DNA from: an uncultured Gemmatimonadales bacterium
Lineage (GTDB): Bacteria > Gemmatimonadota > Gemmatimonadetes > Longimicrobiales > RSA9
Direction of reading: 5' to 3'
Length of the DNA stretch: 64,000 nt
NCBI GenBank assembly: GCA_963798085.1
Contig: CAWCRS010000005.1
Span: 1-64,000, forward strand
This document shows positions 1-9,552 of this stretch, one piece after another. Within the stretch, counting starts at the first letter, position 1. Each line of letters starts with the position of its first letter. A model generated the notes under the pieces. That model saw nothing but the letters and a program-made list of their open reading frames with translations, made no database searches and was not told the origin of the DNA. A program made the translations under genes and the position numbers.

Positions 1-657
1 TTGTCCTGTACAATCAGCTCGTCCGGCTGAAGGTCCAGGCCGACAACGCCTGGTCCGATATCGACGTGCAGCTCAAGCGACGGCATGACCTCGTGCCCAA
101 CCTCGCGGAGACCGTGAAGGGCTACGCGAGCCACGGAAAGGTACGTTCGAAGCGGTGGTCAATGCGCGTTCCCGCGCCATGTCGGCGCAGTCGCCGGCCG
201 AACGCGCGGAAGCGGAGAACCAGCTGACAGGCACGCTGAAGACGCTGTTCGCCCTGACAGAGAGTTATCCCCAGCTCCGTGCCGCCGAAACTTCGGTCAG
301 CTGCAGGCGCAGCTCGCGAGCATCGAGGACAACATCGAGAATGCGCGCCGCTACTACAATGCCGTGGTGCGCGACCTGAATACCAAGATCCTGCTATTCC
401 CTTTCAACCTGATCGCGCGCAGCTTCGGCTTCCGGCAGCGCGAATTCTTCGAGATGGAGGCAGGCGAAAGGGCGACCCCGAAGGTGGGCTTCTACAGCGG
501 CGCCCCCGCGCCGTCAGCGCGGCGCGACCCGAAAGCAACGGTGCGACCCACCGGGTCGCGCCGTTCCAGCATCGAGTCAGGCGGGGTTCAGGCGTCCGCT
601 ACGCACACACGGGCATTAACTTGGTGCACGCGCCCGTTGCCAAGCCGTATTTCGTGA
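1..657 (+). CDS. lemA: LemA family protein (5' truncated, frameshifted)
   Basis: Stitched frames read [41 protein letters not shown] / [24 protein letters not shown] / [48 protein letters not shown]. The natural C-terminus is probably near 495 (PKVGF); the first in-frame stop is at 657. Confidence 0.9.
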
Positions 658-1160
658 CCGTGTGCCGTGTGCAGCACGACCACGTCGCCATGGCCCAGGC
701 GATCACGCACATTCTCCGCCAGCCTTGCCGGCGAAGACGCCTCCAGCTGCGGCAGCGGCAGTGAATCGTCCAGGCGTCATCGTCGCCCTGATTCACTTCC
801 AGCAGCGCGCACTCCGCGTCGCGCGCCGCAGCCGTCGCCTCGTTACCGCACTGCAGCGTGGCGGTCTGCCGCCACATCAGGAGTGGCGAGCTCAGGTAGA
901 AAGGAACCCAAGAACCGTGCTCGATGTCGATGTTGCGCGTGTAGCGATAGAGCCAGCCCAGAACGCCCGAACTGTGACGGCGAGTCTGGCGCTGCTGGTC
1001 GAGGTCGATGCAGCGTCCTTCCATTCCAGCCGGGGCCTGCCAGCAAGGGAAGTGGTCCCGTGCCACCGCCGCCCATTTCAGCCGCGGCCACTGAGGGTAG
1101 CAGCAGCATTGCCGCCGTGATCGATCCCAAGAGTACTCTGGCAGAACTCAGCATGGCCAC
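599..1160 (-). CDS. hypothetical exported protein (frameshifted, boundaries uncertain)
   Basis: Signal-peptide-like start MAMLSSARVLLGSITAAMLLLPSVAAAE (ORF 843-1160) may join ORF 599-1066. No recognisable domain. Confidence 0.3.
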
Positions 1161-1424
1161 ACCTCACTGGAAGCCCGCTTGTTGTTCGTTGCTTGGAGCC
1201 CGAATTCCGCCTCGCCTTGAAACGACATCCGGCAACCTCCCGCACTACGTAGCCGAGGCTTCACCGGATTCGCCCGCACAATCGACGCTATACACCAACG
1301 TTTCCGACAGAAGGATCCCAGACGACCCGGCTCGAACCGACGCCTGACCGGCGCGAATCTCGCATGCGGAACCTGGGGCCCGCTCTCTGCGGCCTTACAA
1401 ACGTGCGACTGCAACCGGGAAAAC

Positions 1425-1957
1425 ATGGAGCCATTCGTCGTCGTCACGCACCCCGCGCGCGTTCCTCTGGGCAGGCGCGCACCGTGGAGCACGAAACCGC
1501 GCCTCCCGAGCATGTTGCGCTCGGTTTCTACGTCGGTGATCACGTGATTGCCCGTGGTTTCGTTCCCAATACGGCCGTCGAACCACTCTCGCGGTTGCTG
1601 CAGCGTCCCGTCACTCTCGCTGTCGCCGCGACGCAGGATGACCAGGGCAACATTGACGGTCGCGCTCGGCATCGTGCTGCCACTGCCTCCCGAAAGCACC
1701 GACGATGCGTCGGACGGCGAGCTGACCAGCCTGGAAGACGAGTCTGCCTGACCTGCCCTCGGGCATTGAATCGACCGAGGAAAGCGGAGCTGTCCGTCTC
1801 GCGCTGCTGCCGCTCGGCAATGTCGTCCGCTCGGTAGAGAATCGGCACCACGCGGACGTTGCTTCCGATGCGCGCGAATATGCTCGACAACCTGCTTGCT
1901 GGTAACGGCCGGGACGCGGTCGAGCGAGCGATCGACGACCTGCTTCGTAATCTTTGA
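1425..1957 (+). CDS. hypothetical protein (frameshifted)
   Basis: ATG at 1425 (MEPFVVVTHP), then protein-like segments in successive frames: HVALGFYVGDHVIARGFVP...DDQGNIDGR / LGIVLPLP / VRLALLPLGNVVRSVENRHHADVASDARE / MLDNLLAGNGRDAVERAIDDLLRNL-stop. Confidence 0.55.
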
Positions 1958-2064
1958 CGCCGCCAGCACCCGTCTGCGTTGCTATTCACCCATTACGCCG
2001 TCGGGCTGATTCGTGAGGTCGCCCGCCGCAGCGATGCCTGAACCAACCCTTCCCCGCCGGGACC

Positions 2065-2996
2065 ATGCCGTCCAGTGCTGCTGAGGCGCGCTTCCGGCAG
2101 ATCTTCCAACGTCTGCACGGCGATCATTCCGCGTGTCTGGACGACGAATGGCTGAATCAACCGTGTCGTGATGCGGGCGGTCGGCTCCTCGACCGACCCA
2201 TCGGATGGAGCCGGCGCAACGGCCCGTGGCAGCGGGTATCGGTCCTCTGGATCGGTGCCGCTCCGGGGAATGCCTGGCGGTCGCGGCAAAGGCGCGCTGG
2301 GAGCCCATGGCACGCGCATACCCTTTGGCGGCGATATTGCCGGTGCCAATCTCGATGTTCTCCTTGGCAGCGCCGGTCTGAATCGGAACCACACCTTCAT
2401 TGCTGCCTCGCTTAACCACCTGCCGGAGCGCGGTGGCGGCGAGCCGACTCTGGCCGAGCTTTTTTCGCCGGAGGGCGCGTACCCGGACAGCATTGCCATC
2501 ATTCGGGACACGCTGATCGCCGCCGGGCCGCGGCTCGTGGTGGCGCTGGGTAACGTTGCGGCGCGTGTAGTGGCTGCAGCGTGGTCATTGCCACCAGGCG
2601 CGCACCGCATACCCGGCCTGACGGCCCTGCACCGATCCGGCTGGGATGCGCAACGGCATGATCAACCTCGCGGATCTGGCACCGCCTGACCGCGAACTGG
2701 AGCACGCATGGCGCCGGGCATGGCGCGAGCCGCCAGCTCCACGCGCCCTCTGGCTGGTCCATCCAAGCGCGCAGAACATGAGTCCGTACGCCGGCACGCA
2801 CACCGCCTTCCATGCACGCATGCGCGAAGCGCATGACGTCCTGCGCATGGCCGTGCAGAAAACATCTCGGCTGGACACTGCCGGCGCAGCGCGCGGTGCC
2901 ACGCGCGACGGGAATTTGGCGCTTCCCGAACGGAAGGAGCTGGTCCAGCCGCGCAATGAACTGCTTGATGCGCTCTGGCGAGAAAAGGGAATTTGA
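2065..2996 (+). CDS. uracil-DNA glycosylase superfamily protein (divergent, frameshifted)
   Basis: Motif A-like VLWIGAAPG, then TRIPFGGDIAGANLDVLL, EPTLAEL, PRLVVALGNVA and motif B-like LVHPSAQN, across ORFs 2065-2415, 2168-2689 and 2646-2996. Confidence 0.75.
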
Positions 2997-3047
2997 GACT
3001 CGCGACCGTTGCCGAATCCCGTTGCCAACATTAGCCTTGTTCCACCA

Positions 3048-3297
3048 ATGGTCGACTTCGCGCGCGCCCCGCTTCGCGGCCTCATTCCGACCGTCTTGTC
3101 CGCCTCGCAACCGAGGACAGCGAGGAATGTTCCGCGCGCGCTGGAAAGCGTCCGCGCTCGAACTCCAGCGTCTGATCAGCTTCAAGCTTCGCCGCGGCAG
3201 GCCGCTATGGTTCGATAACGAGTGGGGCCACAACCTCTGTTTTCGCCCGGAAGGGGTCCGGGCCGCAATGGTGGACGGCCGGCGCTCCACCGCCTGA
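3048..3297 (+). CDS. possible small hypothetical protein (frameshifted)
   Basis: Coding-like 3' part LELQRLISFKLRRGRPLWFDNEWGHNLCFRPEGVRAAMVDGRR stops 1 nt before the next ATG at 3299. The start is uncertain. Confidence 0.3.
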
Positions 3298-3298
3298 A

Positions 3299-3637
3299 AT
3301 GCACCTCGGTCCCGCCCTCCTCGCGTTGTTGCAGCAAGGCCAGCTGCCGCCCCTCGACCTCGGCGGCCTCGTCTTCCGCGCCATGCGTTACCTCAGCCCC
3401 TACACCGAGTACATCCTCATCCTCTTCGTCTTCTGGCTGTTTGCCCGCCGTGGCGCACAGAAGCAGGGCGACTTCAATCGGCAGGCCCAGGAAGTACTCG
3501 ACGAACTCTACCAGCGCGGCGAAATCTCGCAGAAGGCCTACGAGAAGTTCCGACAGGACATTTCGCTGAGGCCGAAGCGGAGGCCGAATTCGGGCAGCCT
3601 TGCCGGTGCTGGTTGCCCGGGCTGGCCGCGGGTCTGA
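3299..3637 (+). CDS. small membrane protein with SHOCT-like C-terminal domain
   Basis: TM segment YILILFVFWLFA followed by AQEVLDELYQRGEISQKAYEKFRQDI, a SHOCT-type pattern. Confidence 0.7.
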   Translation: MHLGPALLALLQQGQLPPLDLGGLVFRAMRYLSPYTEYILILFVFWLFARRGAQKQGDFNRQAQEVLDELYQRGEISQKAYEKFRQDISLRPKRRPNSGSLAGAGCPGWPRV

Positions 3638-3721
3638 CTGACGGACGGCCGCGCTCCCGTAAAGGTGCGGCGCTCTCGCTTGCTGATGCCTGCCTAACGC
3701 CGTGTCAGTAATGACGTGCGG

Positions 3722-5929
3722 TCAGAGGCGCCAGTCGAAGCCGATGATGGGGAGCACGGGCAGGCCGGCGAGTGGGCGGGCCTGGGCGGTGTTGCCGCGG
3801 TCGACGTAATAGAAAATCCCATCGCGCCGATTGAGTGCGTTAGACCTTAATGTACGGTGTCAGCGAGAAATTGAGTCCGCCCAGGTCGGCATCGAAGGTG
3901 CGCGCCACCTGCGCGTCCAGTCGAGATACGGGCTGGTCCGGCGGATTGGGCACGGACGGAACGGGCTCCATTGCGTAGGCAGGATGGTCCGTGAAGCCGA
4001 CGCCGAGCACCGGCGTGCTCGCTTCGGGCTCCGGGATCGAGGTGAAGGGCAGCCCCGCGCCGTACGCGACACGCAGGTCGAACTTTCCCTTGCCGATCAG
4101 CGGACCGGTCACGCCGCCGGTCAGCAACTGTCGCCCATCATTCACGTGATTGGCAGCGGTCACGGCCGTGGCGTTGTCTCCCGACCAGACCCAGGCAAGC
4201 GAGTACCCGAACCAGCCGTTGAGCCTGCCAGCGCTGCGCCGTACCCACAGGTCCACGCCCGAGGCTTCAGCCCTGTGGCCGCCGGTGGAAGGCAGATCCT
4301 CGAACCGCTTGTAGAATCCCTGCAGACTCAGTCGAATGCCTTCACCGAGATCCTGGTCAAGCGTTGCAACCAGGTGGGAGGAGGTGGCGACCGTGAGCTT
4401 CTGCGTCTCGTCGTACACGTCAAAAGCGCCCGGCAGCGTGGCCAGTGTTTCACCGGCGGCCCGGACGTATTGCCGGTAGCGCCCGGCCGCAACGGTCAGC
4501 GCGACGTGCTCATTGAGCAGCAGCGTGGCGGAGACTCTCGGGGCAAGGCGAACCGATGGATCAACCGAGTAGATGTCGGCTCGCAGGCCACCCCGCAACT
4601 GCAGCCGGCTGGCCGGGTTGGCGGAAACGTCAATGTATGCGCCAGCCGTGTTTCCTGCGGTGGAGGAGGAATAGAGTGCTGAGTCTTCAACCTGAGTGCT
4701 GACCCGTTGTCCGTAGGCCAGCCGATCGAAAGAGGCGCCGAAGTGAGCCGGCCCGGACCGAGCGTGCGGCCGAAATCCGCCGCGGCCCGCGAGTGGCGCG
4801 AGGTGCCTTCGGTCAGCAGCACGCGCAGTCCTCCCACGGGCAGCGTCGTCTGGAAGTCGCCGACCGCAAGGGTAAAGAGCCCGTCCGTCTCTCCCATCAC
4901 GGTGCGCAGACGGATCGAGCCTGCACCATTGCCCCAGGCCGCCACTTCGTCAGGCCGCACCAGACTGTCCAGCCGTACCGCTTCCCGATTCCAGAAGCCG
5001 GTGACGCTCAGGATCCGGCCGCCACCCAGATCCACGTCGAGGCGGCTCACCGCGTCACCGTACGAATAGGGGAACGGATCTCCGACGAACGGCGTCGCCC
5101 CCAATCCGTGAACACCACGGGCGCTGGCCAGGAACGATGCGCCCGGCGCCAGCCGTCCTTCAACCATGCCTTTGGCCGCCAGCATGTCGACGGCCATGTC
5201 CCCGTGCAGACCGCTGTCTCTCCCCGAGCGGGTCTCCATGTCCATGACATAGGCGAGGCCGCCATCGTAGCGGGCCGGTGCACCGCCAACGTACAGCGTT
5301 GCCGAGCGGAAGAGGTCCGTATCGAGGGCGTTGATCAGCCCTCCCACATGGAAAGGTGCGAAGACCGGGGCGCCGTTCAGCATTACGAGCTTGAGGTCGG
5401 CGGTGCCGCCGCGCACGAACAGCACGTCGGACGGGTCGACCGGTTCGTGGCCGGGCACCTCACGCGCCGCTTCGGCCAGCCCCATTTCCGCTACGCCCGG
5501 TGTGGCTTCCAGCGCGCGCACGGCAGCGGTCCCCAGATCGCCAGGCTTGACCGAAACCGTATCGCGGAACGGAGTCTCCAGACCGGGAGCACGCGTCGCC
5601 ACTCCCGGCAACCGCAGCGGCCGCACCTCGAGATCGAAGTTGACAGCCTGCGTGCGGCCAGGGCCGACGGTAACGTCGAGTTCCAGTGGGGCGTGGTCGA
5701 TGTGCGAGGCGCGGACGAGCAGCTGTCCGGAAGGGACGTCGCGCAGGATGTACCGGCCGTTCTGGTCGGTCTCGGTGCGCAGCAGCGGCCCGTGTCCCGA
5801 CCTGACTTCCACAACGGCGAATGCGAGGGGCGAACCCGTGCTGCCGCTACGCACCTGACCCCAGATGGTCGCAGGCGCGCTTTGCGCAGGAATTGCCTGC
5901 AAGGCGACGAGCAGCAGTCGTGCGAGCAT
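3722..5929 (-). CDS. TonB-dependent receptor-like outer membrane protein with N-terminal carboxypeptidase-regulatory-like domain (frameshifted)
   Basis: Signal peptide, TIWGQVRSGSTGSPLAFAVV...TDQNGRYILRDVP, plug motifs LFVRGG / LNGAPVFAPFHVGGL / GGAPARYDGGL, beta-strand-rich C-half, and the end LPVLPIIGFDWRL-stop at 3722. Confidence 0.85.
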
Positions 5930-6074
5930 CAGATACTCGTCATCCTGCAGCGGGTTGAGCCGGTGTTCGGCGGCTCCAGCGCCCGTCGAAAGGATTCGTC
6001 CTTCACGCGCGCTCCGGGAGAGTATTGTGTGTGTCGATAGATATAACACCGGCACAATCGCAGTAGCAACGCCG

Positions 6075-6101
6075 GACGTGAGGGTGGGGCCAGAGGTTAC
6101 A
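6075..6101 (-). promoter_or_regulatory. putative ECF sigma promoter (TGTAAC-N17-CGTC) upstream of the TonB receptor
   Basis: Minus strand reads TGTAAC ctctggccccaccctca CGTC, with the same spacing as the motif at 7459-7485. Confidence 0.5.
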
Positions 6102-6134
6102 GACGGCAGGGTGGGAAAATGCGAGGCGCTCTGG

Positions 6135-6947
6135 TCAGTGCGAGCGGGTCTGGAAGGTGACCTCGTCTCCGGCCTTTTCGGATACCGGCCCGAGCACGCG
6201 GATCTCGGTGCCGTCCTTCACATAGTACGACTGGCCGTCCACCTCGACGGACGCTCCCATGACGGAGCGGGGCAGCTCGATCAGCACGCCCGTGCTGACC
6301 TGCGACACTTCAATGCGACCGGGGCCGCGATTGAACGTGACAGCGTCGCGGTCACTCAGGGAGCGCACGATCACGCTGTCCCTGGCTGTCAGTCGCACTA
6401 CGACGCGCGCGCCGGCCGCCGCAGACCGCACCACAATGCGTACGCGGCTGTCCGCTGCCGGCAGCAGGTAGGCCAATGGGTAAACGGGTTCCTGCTGTTC
6501 CAGCGGCGGCTTCGCTGCGACAGGCGCCGGCACCGGCGCGGGCGGCGTCTCACTGCGGAAGAGCTGCTCGATGCGCTGAGCGGCACTCCGCGCCAGCTTG
6601 CGGACTGGAGAATCAGGCACCGCAGCGGAGGCGGCGCCAGCCAGCAGCAGAATGACAGCCGCTGCCTTGAGCAGATTGCCGGGGGCCATGCGGAATGGGA
6701 AGCGCGCCCTCGCCGGCGACTGCGCCGGAATGCGATGCTCAATGTCCGCTCTGGCCTTGAGCAACGGAATGCGACGATTCGTCAGGGCCACGGCGGCATA
6801 GAATTCCGTCGCCATTGTGCGCAGCGAATCGAGCTCGTGCTGACAGGGTGCACAGCCGCCGAGATGCGCATCCAATGCGGCACGTTCCCCGATGGGCAGC
6901 TCCCCATCGAGGTACGCCATCAGCGTGCCGCTATCAGTGTGCGTCAT
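6135..6947 (-). CDS. zinc-finger (zf-HC2/ZAS) transmembrane anti-sigma factor
   Basis: LMAYLDGEL...AHLGGCAPC (HxxxCxxC), TM AAAVILLLAGAASA and an extracytoplasmic C-terminus. Overlaps the 3' end of the sigma gene. Confidence 0.88.
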   Translation of the reverse strand: MTHTDSGTLMAYLDGELPIGERAALDAHLGGCAPCQHELDSLRTMATEFYAAVALTNRRIPLLKARADIEHRIPAQSPARARFPFRMAPGNLLKAAAVILLLAGAASAAVPDSPVRKLARSAAQRIEQLFRSETPPAPVPAPVAAKPPLEQQEPVYPLAYLLPAADSRVRIVVRSAAAGARVVVRLTARDSVIVRSLSDRDAVTFNRGPGRIEVSQVSTGVLIELPRSVMGASVEVDGQSYYVKDGTEIRVLGPVSEKAGDEVTFQTRSH

Positions 6948-7428
6948 CTCCGACTCTCTGGGCGCGATACACTTCGACGAAACGACGTAATGCTCTGGCA
7001 ATCAACGTGCCGACCGAAGCCGGCGCGACACCAATGACTCCTGCGATCTCCTCGTACTTGAATCCTTCTTCCCGCATCAACAGCAACTGACGGTCGCGGT
7101 CCGGCAATTTTCCCAGGGCGGCGCGTACCGCCTGGATGCGCTCGTTCTGTTCGACCTGGTCGTCGGGCAGCGCGGTTCCCGTGACCAGTGGCGGTGCCCC
7201 ACTCAGCAGACGGTGCCGCCGTTCCGACTTTCTTGCGCGGTCGCGCACAAGATTCATGGCGACCGTGAACAGCCAGGGTCTGACTTCCGCCTCCGGCAAC
7301 GGCTGACGCAGCAGGCGCACAAAAGCTTCCTGCGCAATGTCCTCGGCGACATCCGCATCGCCGGTCAGCCGGTGGAGGTAGCGGTACAGCGACGGATACA
7401 GCCTCTGGAACAGGTCGTCGAAGTCCAC
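6934..7428 (-). CDS. ECF RNA polymerase sigma-70 factor
   Basis: Region 2 (LYRYLHRLTGDADVAEDIAQEAFVRL...WLFTVAMNLVRD) and region 4 (LPDRDRQLLLMREEGFKYEEIA...VGTLIARA). The GTG start at 7428 follows GGAGG; the ORF is open to 7572. Confidence 0.93.
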   Translation of the reverse strand: MDFDDLFQRLYPSLYRYLHRLTGDADVAEDIAQEAFVRLLRQPLPEAEVRPWLFTVAMNLVRDRARKSERRHRLLSGAPPLVTGTALPDDQVEQNERIQAVRAALGKLPDRDRQLLLMREEGFKYEEIAGVIGVAPASVGTLIARALRRFVEVYRAQRVGDDAH

Positions 7429-7458
7429 GGACCTCCAGGGCGAGGCGTCGTCCGTAGA

Positions 7459-7485
7459 AACGCTTAGAATCGGGTCGTTGTGACA
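7459..7485 (-). promoter_or_regulatory. putative ECF sigma autoregulatory promoter (TGTCAC-N17-CGTT)
   Basis: Minus strand reads TGTCAC aacgacccgattctaag CGTTTCTA, about 30 nt upstream of the sigma start. Confidence 0.55.
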
Positions 7486-7605
7486 GTCTTCCGGACGTCC
7501 CGGCGCGACCTCGCCGTTGCGGGCCTCGACGGGGACCTGTTCCCCCTCGGAATAGCTTCGTCGTGCGGGCATCCAGTCTTGATCCGGCTCGGGCTCGGCC
7601 GGTCC

Positions 7606-8616
7606 TCAACGGAAGTAGGTGAGGCCCATCGCTTCGCGAACGCGGGTCATCGTGTCCCGCGCGACCTCCCGCATTCTGCGATTCCCCTGCGCCAGGATAT
7701 CCTCAACGACACCGGGGATGCGCAGGTACTCCGCGCGACGGTCACGAATCGGCTGGAGGAAGCTCTCCAGCGCGCGATGCAGCTTCTGCTTCACTTCGAC
7801 ATCGCCGACCCGGCCGGCTCGATAACGGGTCTTCAGCTCCTCGACTTCAGCGCGGTCCGGGTTGAAAGCGTCATGGTAAACGAATACAGGGTTACCCTCG
7901 ACTGTGCCCGGTATGTCGGCGCGGACGCGGTTGGGGTCCGTGAACATCTGCATGACGCGCTGACGCACGATCTCGGTCGGGTCCGACAGGAAGATGGCGT
8001 TATTGAGCGATTTCGACATCTTCTGGGAACCATCCGTGCCCGGCAACGTTGGCAGCTCGCTGATCATGGGCTCCGGTTCCGCGAACACCTCGCCGTACAG
8101 GTGGTTGAAACGGCGCGCGATTTCGCGCGTGACCTCGACATGCGGCACGTTGTCCTTGCCCACCGGCACCAGGTCCGCACGCGGGAGCAGAATGTCAGCG
8201 GCCTGCAGCACCGGATAGCCCACCAGGCCGAACGGCATCACGTCGAGATGCGCCGCTTCCGCCATCTCCTTGATGCTTGGCAAACGTTCCAGCCGCGGCA
8301 ATGTGACGAGCATCTCGAGAATGAGGTTCAGTTCCGAGGTCTCAGGGACACAGGATTGGACGAAAATCGTCGAGCGTTGGGGATCGATGCCGAGCGCCAG
8401 GTAATCGAGCACCATGTCACGAATGACTTCGGGCATCTCGCTGATCCATTCCTTCTCGGGCCGGGTCGTCAGCGTGTGCAGGTCGGCGATGATGAAGAAG
8501 CACTCGTATTCGTCCTGCAGCCGGACGCGGTTCTGTATGCTCCCCACCCAGTGGCCCAGGTGCAGTCTGCCTGTAGGCCGGTCTCCCGTCAGGATCCGTT
8601 TCCGCGAACTGCTCAA
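7606..8616 (-). CDS. trpS: tryptophan--tRNA ligase
   Basis: ILTGDRPTGRLHLGH (HIGH), YPVLQAADIL, VPVGKDN, KMSKS. A GAGGAGG RBS precedes the TTG/GTG start. Confidence 0.97.
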   Translation of the reverse strand: MSSSRKRILTGDRPTGRLHLGHWVGSIQNRVRLQDEYECFFIIADLHTLTTRPEKEWISEMPEVIRDMVLDYLALGIDPQRSTIFVQSCVPETSELNLILEMLVTLPRLERLPSIKEMAEAAHLDVMPFGLVGYPVLQAADILLPRADLVPVGKDNVPHVEVTREIARRFNHLYGEVFAEPEPMISELPTLPGTDGSQKMSKSLNNAIFLSDPTEIVRQRVMQMFTDPNRVRADIPGTVEGNPVFVYHDAFNPDRAEVEELKTRYRAGRVGDVEVKQKLHRALESFLQPIRDRRAEYLRIPGVVEDILAQGNRRMREVARDTMTRVREAMGLTYFR

Positions 8617-8686
8617 CACGCCTCCTCGTTGCGTCTGTCCATGAGTAACAGCACCCTGCCCTTCACGGCAGGCGTGGCCCGCGCGC

Positions 8687-9049
8687 TCAACGCGGACCGC
8701 TCCCGCCTTCATCGAATGGCGGATCATCCTCGTAGTAGTCGCGTGATTCGGTGGGGGCGGCCCGGCGCTCGCTGATCGGTCGCGCGCTGCGCAAGAGGTC
8801 CACCAGCTGCGATTCGTACAGATCAGCCAGCGGACCGGGGACGAGCCATGTTTCCAGCACTGCCTCGCCTGGCGTTTGCGCATGCGCAAAATACGCGATC
8901 AGCAGCCTGCCGGTGGTCAGCCAGTCACTGCCGGTGCGGCCGTTGCCCATGACCGTCAGCACCCAGCGCTGGCCATCGCACGCGAACTCGCGCCGGTCGT
9001 GGACGTCGTCGGCCGGCATCCGATCCGCGTCGTCGTTTTCAGCCGTCAT
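8687..9049 (-). CDS. hypothetical protein
   Basis: 120-aa ORF MTAENDDADR...LADLYESQLVDLLRSARP that overlaps the queD stop and is co-oriented with it. Confidence 0.6.
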   Translation of the reverse strand: MTAENDDADRMPADDVHDRREFACDGQRWVLTVMGNGRTGSDWLTTGRLLIAYFAHAQTPGEAVLETWLVPGPLADLYESQLVDLLRSARPISERRAAPTESRDYYEDDPPFDEGGSGPR

Positions 9050-9485
9050 GCGCGACCCGGGCCGAACCGCCGTAGTAGTCGACGAAGAGCTGCGGTTCCT
9101 CGTACAGGCGGAGTCGGTGCAGTCGCACACCGGCGGGCAGAGCCTGCTCGATACGGGGCCAGAGCCAGGCCGCGATGTTCTCGCACGTCGGGATCGCACC
9201 GCCCTCGCCGAATTCAGCGACTGCGTAATTGAGATGCTGATGATCCAGCCTGGCCACCACTTCGCGCTGCAGCGCCGCGTCGAGCGCGCCGAGATCCACC
9301 GCGAAGCCTGTGTCGGCGGCAATGGTGCCGCGCACGGTCACCTCCAGCACGTAGTTATGACCGTGGCCCACCGGGTTGTTGCAGGCGCCGAAGACGCGAC
9401 GATTCTCCGCATCGCTCCACTCCGGACGGTGGTAGCAATGCGCGGCGGCAAAGCTGACGCTGCGGGTGAGGTAGGCCAGATTCAT
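9039..9485 (-). CDS. queD: 6-carboxytetrahydropterin synthase / 6-pyruvoyl-tetrahydropterin synthase family
   Basis: FAAAH...FGACNNPVGHGHNYVLEVTVRG, LDHQHLN, PTCENIA, LRLYE. Confidence 0.9.
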   Translation of the reverse strand: MNLAYLTRSVSFAAAHCYHRPEWSDAENRRVFGACNNPVGHGHNYVLEVTVRGTIAADTGFAVDLGALDAALQREVVARLDHQHLNYAVAEFGEGGAIPTCENIAAWLWPRIEQALPAGVRLHRLRLYEEPQLFVDYYGGSARVAHDG

Positions 9486-9552
9486 GGGCGGGCAAGGTAC
9501 CCGCGGGGTGCGGCGTCGTCCAGCGCGCACCCCGCGGATCTGCCCTGACGGC

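Noticed and set aside
9039..9485. queD as part of a 7-deazaguanine DNA-modification (dpd) cluster
   Set aside because: No folE, queC, queE or dpdA/tgt-like genes are nearby. The context is housekeeping.
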